Assembly: GCA_964247055.1 (NCBI GenBank)
Contig: OZ176051.1
Span: forward strand, 7,750,001 to 7,814,000
Direction of reading: 5' to 3'
Length of the DNA stretch: 64,000 bases
Source: Paragordius varius
Taxonomy: Eukaryota; Animalia; Nematomorpha
Program-made: the position numbers and the translations under genes
The notes under the pieces: generated by a model
Told to the model about the DNA's origin: nothing
The model's input: only the letters and a program-made list of their open reading frames with translations
Databases searched by the model: none
Part shown: in pieces, positions 24,225 through 35,400 of the stretch
Layout of the letters: each line of letters starts with the position of its first letter
Numbering within the stretch: the stretch's first letter is position 1

Positions 24225-25986
24225 AAACAGTCAGTTCATTAACTTTTGAGGTAGTTTTACCCTAGCATTTAAATTTTTAAAAATTAAATTATTGTGCCAA
24301 ATATTTAGATATAGATTATGTAGCCTTTAGGCGCATGATTTAAAAAATCAAATAAAATTCTTATCTTAAATAATTTCATACCTATTTTTTGTTAGATTTG
24401 CTCACAACAGTCAACTAAATGTATAGTATGGTTAATAAATGTAAAAATACCCTAAAAAGTTTTTCTAACATTTTAGCAAATATTGTTTTTTTAATAATTT
24501 TAAAAGCTGTTTACTTCAATCTGGTTTTGGAGCTATCCCGATTATAGAATGTAAACTTAAAACTATAATATGGACTATATTATTAATGTTTGAAAATTAA
24601 ATTTACGCAAACACACCTATAAAACAATTGTTAATAAGGAACTGATAAAGGAACCCCGAAATGTGATCAACAAAAAGACGAAAAGTGGAGTGAATTAAAA
24701 AAAATTTCGTTGAAGATTTCAGACTATGAGCTGATGGCGGTATAAAAACGCTAAGAAAATAATCACCTTTTATCCAATTCGATGATGAACATTTTTAATA
24801 TCTCAGAAGAATGATTAAACATGCTTGTCTTCAAATTATACTAGTTATAATTTGTTTTTATTTAAATATTTACTAATATTTTAAAGAAAACGAACCCTTT
24901 TATTAATCTGAGATGATTTAGATAAATAATATGTAATAACTTCGATATTTTGCCATTTTCCATCAAGCTTTAAAATATCATAAAGTACAGAACAGAATTT
25001 TGATAATTTTTTTTGAAAGTTCAAGTTTCAAAATTTTTTTGATGGCATAATCTAGCCCAGGGGTGTCCAACACAAATGGCTTCGCGGGCTCCATTCGAGA
25101 TATATATCGGCATTCAAATGCAAACATAGGATATATTAAATTTACTAACATTTTTTAGGCATATTTTTGCAAATTATGGATTTCAAATTTTTTTCCGGAT
25201 AACACAAAGGGACGACCGCATATTGGAAACCCTTGATCTAAACTATTAAAATATTATCACAAAATCTGGGCATTTCTGGGATTCTAAAACAATTTGGCCA
25301 TTTTAGGGGGGGGGGAATGAAATTTTCGGAAAGCTCATATAAAAATTAAAATTATAAAAATATTGTATATATATATATATATATATAGTATTAAATACAT
25401 TAACATTTGTTGAAAAAAACATTTAGTTTGCAACAAAATTTTTTTATTTAGCATAAGGTGCTTAAATTTGATTATGAATTCACCGTAAAAGTGTAATATT
25501 TTTCTTGAACATAATGCTTAACACTTAATTGTTCATTTTGTGAACGCGTATTTTGGGCTAGTTTTCTACCCCAGAGCTTAAAGTAGTAAACGAGTTTTAC
25601 CCTCTCCTGCATAAAAAAAGATTAGATTTTTTGCAGTTTTTATAACTCTAAAGCCCAAATAGCTTTAAAATTAGATAGAAGCTAAGAGCTAATTAATCAA
25701 CAATAAAAGATTAGCCTCCAAATTTTAAGCCAAAGTTTTACTTCATATTTTTAAACCATAATATTCATTTATTTGCCTGTTGTATTCGCGATTTAAAAAC
25801 TAAGGCAGCGAAAAGTTTGAGATGAGGATTTTTTACAATTATGCATGTTTTTGAAAAAAATTGTATCATGCGCCAAAAAGGCTGCAGAAGTATATTTTAA
25901 AATTTGGCCCAATGCTAAAATAATTTTTAAGATATTTAAATTTTGAATGGCCCTTGTATAAAACTACCCCAAAAGGTCATGAAGTG
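24225..25986. repeat. Inward-facing degenerate ends of a piggyBac-like (TTAA) element family; another copy at ~56190-56345
   Basis: 24225-24340 is an inverted match to 25860-25986 (TTTTG.GGTAGTTTTA, GCCTTT..GGCGCATGAT); right end GAAGTG|TTAA. Confidence 0.45.
25058..25235. mobile_element. hAT-Charlie MITE
   Basis: Ends CAGGGGTGTCCAA / TTGGAAACCCTTG; 8-bp flanks ATCTAGCC / ATCTAAAC fit the NTCTAGAN target preference. Confidence 0.7.
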
Positions 25987-25993
25987 TTAAAAC

Positions 25994-26739
25994 CAGGGCT
26001 TGGAATCGGAACCGCATGTAACCGGAACCCGGTTCTTGGATTTTAACAAGAACCGGTTTCATTGGGATAGACCAACCCGGTTCCGGTTCCACCTCCTTAA
26101 TTACTGGATCCCATATGAAATTTATTATCTAAATTTTCCTTTATTATTTAAATTTGATTATCACATATTACATACTTCAAACTTTAAACCTAAAACTAAG
26201 CCACTAATATTATATATTAGCATATTCTCTGAATTTTGGGCGATTCGGCTGTTCTAAAAAAACTTATAGTCTTATCTCAAGTTTATTTACAATACATATG
26301 TTCGTATATATAGGTCTCCGTTGAAAGGGGTTTTTTCACCCTTAATTTTGTTTTCAGACGAGAAGCAGTTTAACCAGCGAATTGCTTGGGGCAATATTTA
26401 AAGTTAAATAAAAAATTTTTTTAGATGCCATATTTAATTTAACACTCATTATATCCCTTTGTACTTATACATTTTCCTATTATAATTTTATAATTTGTTT
26501 CATTTATTATTCTATATTTTTTTTCACATTTGGAATATAATAAATAGTTTGATTTATAATTGTTAATAATTTGGTTGTATTATTATTATAATAATATTGT
26601 AAGAAAATCATTTAATCAAAAGTCAAGAACCGAAAATGGGACCGGTTCCAAATGTAAAGAACCGGTTCTGGAACCGCTAAATATTTAAGGAAACCAACGC
26701 GGTTCCGGTTCCACTTTTTTGACCTGGTTCCAAGCTCTG
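25994..26739. mobile_element. hAT-family MITE
   Basis: Perfect 8-bp TSD GTTAAAAC; TIRs CAGGGCTTGGAA / TTCCAAGCTCTG; many subterminal GGAACCG/CGGTTCC repeats. Confidence 0.9.
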
Positions 26740-27519
26740 GTTAAAACCAAATGTAGAAATTCCGATGCATTTTTCTATATAAAGATATATTAATATTTGT
26801 TAAAAATAAATATCATGTCTAAAATACTAACATGATATAATAAATATATCATAATCGAGTTTTTATCCATTGCTTTATACGGTAAAAAATGAATTAATCC
26901 ATATGGTCTTATATTTATACATTATTAATTTGGTGGCTTATTTTGATTTAATAGAAATGGCTAAAACCCTTATTAATTTATATGGTTTTATGAGTGTTAA
27001 GAAAAATTGCTTAATAGCCATGTTATTATTATATGGTAACATATTTTACACAGATAGTTTCCTATAAAATGGATAATTTTTAAAAAAACATCGGGCTATT
27101 CCCTTTAAACTAAAAATTAAACTACTATTGATTTTACAAAGTCACAAAACTTAAGCGAAAAATACTTAAATTTTTGAGATTTTTTTCGCAAAATGTTATT
27201 TAACGGGAGAGAGGCTAAAAGGGGTATTATTTATAAGATGCCTGACTATGTGCTATGCTCTCGTATAAAAATTAAATAGATGCATTAACTAATTAGTTTA
27301 AAATTGCTTTTTTTCCGGAAAATTGTCACAAAGAGATTATTTATGGATTTTTTTTAAAAACACATTTTCACGTCAAGTGGGGCTTATCTGAGCGGCTAAA
27401 TATAAAAAGTGAATATGTACAGATTTGATGAATATTTTAAATATAAATGGATCCATACGTTTCTCGGTAAATAAGCAAACAGTCTAGATTATTATTATTA
27501 TTGTTATATTACATGTTTT

Positions 27520-27900
27520 CACGCGTGAGAGCGGTCATGTTATACAACCTGTCTCGCCATAGAACTCTATCTATGGCGTGTTTTGCTTTCTCATATTCTG
27601 CGAGCTCTTTTTTTAAAAATGTTTATTCATTTCGTTTTAGGCCACGCACGTCCTCGTTTTCCTTCAACTATATGACTATCTATTGTTTTTTGAAATATAA
27701 GTAAAATTTCTCCTTGTAATGTGCCCAAGCCAACGTACCCTATTTATGACATTATTCCCACTATTGGTTTAACATTTGTGGTCCCACGTTAACTTTGTCC
27801 TTTACTCCACACATCACTCTAAGCATTTTCATTATCGTGATGTTATAATGTCTTTCTTCGGATTTTTGGCCGCCCCACTCCTGTTTTTTAGCAGTCATTG
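27520..27900 (-). pseudogene. RTE-clade LINE 3' fragment
   Basis: MKMLRVMCGV..., then VEGKRGRAWPKT.W...AIDRVLWR with frameshifts. Confidence 0.7.
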
Positions 27901-29289
27901 GCAAAAGGAAAAGTTTAAAATGTAAAATTCCTCTAACCATCTTAAACAAGTTTAAATTACTGAAGTCAGATAAAATATTTATGGACACAAAATAATTTTA
28001 TCGTTATACTTCATTTATTAAATCGTATTTTCCATGAAAAGGGAACTCTCGAATATGAAAATTCATAAATTAAAATTTTAAGTTGAAAATGATAACCAAT
28101 TTCGAAACGTGTAGCAACTGAAAAACCTGTCCGAAATATTAAAGGCAACGCTTGATTGGGTGACCAGACACCTGTTCCCATGTGGAAACTTGGTTTCAAT
28201 TTCAACTTTTAAGAATCTCGCAATTCTAAAAGCCAACCAGATTTTGTTTCTAAGCTTCAAACATCACAATTGATCTCATACGATTCTCTCAAAACAATGC
28301 AAAACTGTTTCATTTTAATCTATCCTACTTTGCGCTAAGTGGATAAATTATAATTCTGACAAAAAATAGGATATTTTATAATTAACTGATAAATAATAAA
28401 ATAAAAAGTCGGATTTTTGTTTGTTACTATTAATCAGCATGGTCAAGATTCTCCAAAAGAGATTTTTTTACAAAAACTAAAGTCAAGAAAGCTCATAATT
28501 TGATATAACTTTATTTAAACATCGTATATTGCAAAGCGTTTGTAAATAGCATTTTATGGTATTATTGAGTTAGTTGATTCTTATATATACTATCAAAAGA
28601 AATCAAGTGATGCAATAAACACCTCCGGCTTTTTTATTTTGGCAGGGACAATTTTAAAGTACCACGATGCATAAAATTTAAAAAGGATATCTGTATTTTC
28701 AAGGAATTCCTTAATAGATTTCAAATTTTAAAAAATCCGATTTGTATGATACAACGGGGTGATTCTAATCTAAATGGCGATTCTACTCTAAATAAACCGC
28801 TTTAGAAAATAATTTATCAAATAGGAATTTTAACTCGGTTAAGAATTTTGATTATCAATTATATTTAAATACACATATATACTGGTAATGAAAAAAAATG
28901 TAAATTGAAACTTAAAATGCTGCAAATATTCATTTATCTTATACGACCTGAATGAAACCAAACATCTTTTAAATAAAATTAATTTTAAAAAAGTCAAAAA
29001 TTAAGTTTAAAAACAATTATATGACAAATTTTTATATGACAATAAAAAAGATGACTTTTTGTTCCTATGAAGCATTAGGAAAAAGGAGCCATTTACCTTT
29101 TGGCCATAACCTTGTTTCTAGCATACGCATAAATAAAATTTTTTAAATTATTTTTTTATTATATAATCTTTTAAAGAAGTATGGCATAGAAATTCGTCAA
29201 CTTTATTAAACATTAAACAACACAATGAATGACAAAAAAACCGCTACAATTTACGATACAATGCACATACATATTAATTTTATTCGTTA

Positions 29290-29432
29290 ATGCTCAATTT
29301 TAACCATAACCACAATGAGATCTTGCAAAAATATAAAGCATCTTCGTTTAATTTTTATTCTAACATGGGTCCTGTTCCAATATCCCATAGGTTTGTCAAT
29401 GATATTAAGTTTTTGTAGTTTTTATATTTGTT

Positions 29433-29465
<33 letters not shown>

Positions 29466-32400
29466 ATATAAAACAGTTTCCTCAATAACCAGTGTAAAAA
29501 TTTATAACACTCTACGGCATAGACAAATCAAATGCCAAAGCTTTTTTAGCAAACATTCCGAATGCCTTGTGGGAGGACCAATAAAATTCATATATTTTAG
29601 GTATTAACGTTTAAATTATATAAATTATACTTTTTAACCAGAATTTCGAACAGGGACCGGAGCCACATAGAAAAGAGGAACGGTTTCATTGGGTTGAAGC
29701 AATTTAAATTTTTAGGAACCAACCCAATTTCATGTTTAAATTTGTTTGAACCAGTGCGAAGCCCTGTTTTATACCCAATGATGCCTTTAAAACATCTTAC
29801 TTCAGATCGCTATTTTCCCTCTAACCCCAATAGAGATGTTTTATATGATTGTAATATTACTGAAATATATTTGTTATCATTATATTAGATTTTTTTATAA
29901 CTTCTTAGTTTTTGTTTTTTTTTAATATTATTATTTGCGGATATAACTTGTACTTGATCAACTTATGTAAATACGTTGGACAAGTTCTCTATTGTATTTT
30001 AACTAAATATAATTATATTTCTATAAAAAAATTAAATTTTGTCATTATTTAAGTAGCAGTTATTTTGGTTATGCACAATAATTCCGATATATTAAACTTT
30101 TTAAAATTTGGGTTTTGTAATAAAGATCTTTCGCTAAAAGACTTTGCATTTATAAATAAATCGGATCATGGTATGTCTATATTCTATTTTTCATAAATTA
30201 TTCCATGTTTTGACTCCTCTTTGTAATTAAAATAAATTGGAGGGTATATCTCCAATAATTTTAATAAAAAGTTTAATACGAGAGGTAAATATTTTTAATA
30301 AATATTTAGGTAATAGGGAAGAACCCTTATCTTGTAGTTTATAAAATCATAAAGTAAATACCATATTTAAGAATATAATCTATTTCACAAAAATTTTAAT
30401 ATAAATAATTGGTGAAATTTAAATTTTTACCGTACCTTATTAGGCGGCAACTGACAGAAAATGAATGTCGCATGAATCAAACGTATGGAACGATACCTGA
30501 CCGAGGCATCGTATGGGTTAATAAGGATTGCGCTGGATTGTTCGATGTTTATTATCAGGTAGATGATGGAAGTCGAACAAAACCTAGAGAGTTACCCGTA
30601 TTGACTGAAGAAAAAAAGAATACTAATATAACCAAAAGAAACGATTATGATAATAGTACACTGACTAGTGAAATACCGATTATTTCAACCAAATCGCCTG
30701 TTACGAAATACAAACCAGATGATTCACTTAAAATATTTTCCAATGAATACAAAAGTGCCACTTGTGAAAGTTGGGGAACAAGGAATGAATGCGAATTCTT
30801 CCGTAATATCACATCAGTACGATTATTAAAACAATTATCCTTCGCTGAGTGTTCAAAGAAGTTAGGCACTTATGGATATAATGACAACAAAATTTGGGTA
30901 GATCAGGGGTGTCGGGCCAAATTTGAAATTAAATTTAAACAGGATGAAGATTATTACTATTCCCTTATATCGGATCGCAAAGCTCCACCAAGTCAAAAGG
31001 TTTTGGACGATTTCTTATTTTGTGCAAGTCCGCCCCCATTCACCAAAGCTTACATTGAATGCCCCTTAGTGACAAGCCTACCCGTTCATTTATATGTATC
31101 CAATGATCCATCCAAGGATGATGACGAATTTTTGCCAGATTCTGACAAAGGTTTTAATGCAAATTTGGTAAAAAGAGATGATTCGGATAGAACAACATTA
31201 GAAGCACCGGTATTACCCGAAGGCTTTAAGACACATTGGTTATCTTCGACCCTTTCCTCCCAGGTCAAACGATTGGCGGGCCGTATAGCTACAAATCGAC
31301 ACAATAGCAAACTTAATCCATACGATAATCTTTTGTTTGGTGATGAACTCATTATTATTGAGAAATTTAAACTCATTAAATCTATCGAACCTGATGCCCC
31401 ATGTATATTTAATCGAACCTATGGGATTAATGTCAAAGCTCTTGATATGGAAGACGAACGCGTTTATGAACATGAAATGCAACATTACCACAATGTTTGG
31501 ACCAATCAGGAGGCAACGATGCCTACCCCACCCCCGAGAGTTGCTTCATACATTTGGGTAAAGGATGGTTGTGCCGGCATATTTCAGCTAAGAATTAAAG
31601 TTAAAAGTCCGTTAGGATATCTGATAGCCAATGAATCTCAAGTTTTTGAGCCAACATATAATTCTCCCTATTTTACCGAAGATAAAAATTATCCAATTCA
31701 CAAGCGATCATTTTCATCCCCTGCTCATCACAAAAACTATACTTGTTTAACAGAATCCGCTAAAACAGACACACAAACTTTCAGTTATTACTCAACAGCT
31801 TATACACCAAAAATAACCATAAACCCGCATATCAATGCAAGTTTAGTAACTCGAAAAATACGTTTTGCGACTCCTGTTAGCACCATAAACTATAGCAAAA
31901 AAAGCAATATTACTACAACCCCTTACCTAAGAAAGTTCACAGAAATTGGCGGTTTTTATGGGAGGTGGAGTTTGAAACTTGATGAAATTCAAAATTTTAC
32001 CAATTTGCTGAAGCATATGGATAAACAAAATATGACGCAATCAGAAATGAATCATACTATTCGTATGCTGCAAAATATGTCCCATAAATCCAACATATCC
32101 CTTTTACGAGATATGAAGGAAATGGCCAACAAAAGTTTTATACCATTTTGGTTAAATCACAGGAATTTTAATTTATCATACACAAATCCCAACTTAACCG
32201 GCAGAGGTGAATATCATATTTACACTAATGATGTATATGAGCATGGGCCAGAAAATCGGTTAAAATATTCGGCTTATTCAGACGAAGATAATTTTTCTGT
32301 CGTCAATGAAAGTAGTATACTTTTAACACCTTACCTCATTTATTGTGGTAGTCCGGACCTGTTTTACATGGAATGCCATGTGGGTCAACCCATAATGGGC

Positions 32401-35400
32401 ATTAATGTTTTCCAATTAATTGGACCTACTAAAGCTGCAAACACTTATGTAGGCGATATTACTTATCCCATAGATAACACTATCCTAAATGAGGGTAGCT
32501 ACACATCAAACGCCACTAAGAAAAGTGATAATCTCTCCGAATTGAAATGTGAGTTTGGGAAAACTTTTGGTTATCGCGATGAAAACATTTGGGTAAGTAA
32601 TGGGTGCCGGGCCATATTTGCTGTGCATTTGCCCTCTGTCTCCATAAAAAATTTTACCGTCAAAGCCAGTATCATGGAAAGATCGGTATATAAACCAATC
32701 TCCGAACACAATGGGATGAACCATTTTGAGGTTTGTCACGAAATTAACAAATATTTTATGAGAATAATTTATAGAAATTGATCTTGAAAGGCTGAAATCC
32801 ACTTTTTCCGAAACATAAGTTGTTAAATAATTTAGCATTTAAACAAATTATCTTTCAGAAAATGAATAAAAGCTTTTCCCGTTTATTCCTGAATACTATA
32901 CAATGTTCCAAATACCTCAAGATCCGGTTCAGTTTTTTTTGCAAAAAAATTAATTCCGCTTATACAAAAATGGTTTAAGTTTTAATTTTTGATTATATAT
33001 ATTTTAATATATAATTATGACACATTTAAAATTATTAATGCAGTTCCAATATTATTTAGTTGATTTGTAAAAGTTTTGGTCAAAGACATCAATGTAGAGC
33101 ACCAGGAAATATCGTTTCAATAACATTGACCGAAGAATTCTCCGTCCTTAAATGTCAGTTCGGTAACTATTAAACAATCATAATTATCTAAAGTTTAATT
33201 CCACCTATAATAAATATAATCAATATATTGCTATTTTAATTTTTGAGGTGAAACATTTGGGCATTACTATGATCAGGTTTGGGTTGATGAAAATTGCCAG
33301 GCCAAATTTATGGTAAATTTTTTGGAAAACAAGCCTTCAGAAAAACCCTATAAAGAATACAAGCATAAAACAAGCGATAATTCACATGCCTATCATGATA
33401 AACCAGAGCCAAGAATTATACAGGGACACGTGGATGTAAAAGAAACTCCAAAGCATTCTTATGTTAAACATTTTTCACCTGAAAGTATAAATTATAAAAT
33501 CATCCTTTAAAATTGTATACATTGCATATCCATGTCACACTTATAAGTTTGTATCTTAGTTTAGAGTTATATTGTGACACTATGGAATTTTTATTTATAT
33601 AATTAACTAGCGTGAATCTCGTGCTGCTATGCAGCCCGAGGAAGTCCTTCGGACTTCTGGGGGGGGGGGGGGTTCGAAGTTTGGATTTGAATGGGTCTAC
33701 CGTTTTTCCTGTAGATCACAAAGCCAGCATTTTCCATTTTTATAAATATATAGATTACCATAAATAATGTTTTAATATCCATATATCTTTTAACATGCTA
33801 TACATATGATAGATACTCCTTACTCAGCAGCCATCATCAAAGAAACGCCTGACTAAAATTTTTGCCTTTTAACAGGCATTACGAAAAATCCTTCTCGAAT
33901 TTTTACAGTCTCATACCTTGGGCAAAAAAATACAATCAAAAAAATATTTTTGTGGACTTTGTTTTTTTTTGAAAAAATAGCATTTTACGGGGGAAGCGGG
34001 TAAAAAGAGGGCCTAAATCAAAAAAGTGACTCGACTATGTTCGGCGCAATCGAGTAAGCAAAAATCATATTTGAAATTGAATGGTCCAACACGTTCTCCG
34101 GAAAATTGTCTCAAAACACGATTTTGTGGACTTTTTTTTTAAAAAAACCCGTTTTTCATACGGGGTGGGCCCGAACTGGGGGCCTCAATACGAAAAATCT
34201 TTCTCGAATTTTTACAGTCTCATACCGTGGGCAAAAAAATACAATCAAAAAAATATTTTTGTGGACTTTGTTTTTTTGAAAAAAATGGCATTTTACGGGG
34301 GGAGCGGGTAAAAAGAGGGCCTAAATCAAAAAAGTGACTCGACTATTTCGGCGCAATCGAAAATAAGTAAACAAAAATCATATTTGAAATTGAATGGTCC
34401 AACACGTTCTCCAAAAAATTGACTTAACCCATTTTTCACACGGGGTGGGCCCGAACTGGGGACCTAATTCTAAAAAAGGGCGAAGCTATTGTCGGGGCAT
34501 TCATTAATGATTAAATTTTTTCGATGTTTGGATTTGAATGGGTTCACCGGTTTTCCGGAAACAGATCACAAAGTTATATGAAAAATCAGTTTTTAGCGGG
34601 TAGCTCCTTACCCAGCAGCTATCATCAAAAAAACGCCTGATTAAAATTTTTGCCTTTTAAGAGGGAATACGTGGAATCCATATTAAATTTTTACGGTCTC
34701 ATACCTAGGGCGAAAAATAGATTTAAAAAATTATTTTTGTGGACTTTGTTTTTTGAAAAAAATGGCATTTTACGGGGGTAGCGGGTAAAAAGAGGGCCTA
34801 AATCAAAAAAGTGACTCGACTATGTTCTGCGCAATCGAAAATAATTAAACAAAAATCATATTTGAAATTGAATGGTCCAACATGTTCTCCGGAAAATTGT
34901 CTCAAAAACACGATTTTGTGGATTTCTGTTTTCAAAAAAAACCCGTTTCTCACACGGGGTGAGCCCGAACTGGGGGCCTATTTCAAAAAAAGGGCGAAGC
35001 TATTGTCGGGACATTTATTAATGATTATATTTTTTCGATATTTGGATTTGATTGGGTCTACCGGTTTTCCTGTACCAGATCACAAAGCCAGCATTTTCCA
35101 TTTTTATAAATATATAGATTATTTATTTTTTATATATTTTTATTTTTAATTGTTATGTTTGCTTAGAGCTTTTGAAAGTATTGGCTTCTGTCACACCTTA
35201 GAAAAAGTTATTGATTATACTCTTAATAATGCAAAAAATGCATTTCAATTTTCGAACATGAAAGATTTGATTAAAATTTTTTGATTCATTTTCATTTTAA
35301 ATAAAATACACAATTTTTAGAAAATTTGTTGACAGCATGTCAACAATCTTTGGAAGTTGGACATTGCCCTTACAATTTAACCAGATATTATTATGATTCA

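Noticed and set aside
30285-30353. Apparent 25-nt GT-AG intron and a 44-nt exon upstream of the big DUF3011 exon
   Set aside because: Exon 29477-29600 joins 30444 in the correct phase and supplies the missing cysteines of repeat 1, whereas this candidate adds no domain-like sequence. Probably chance, but worth a glance if micro-introns prove real.
33607-35118. Repeat-spacer appearance suggesting a CRISPR array
   Set aside because: Units are ~480 bp and the intervening sequences are themselves repeated; eukaryotic intron context; no cas genes.
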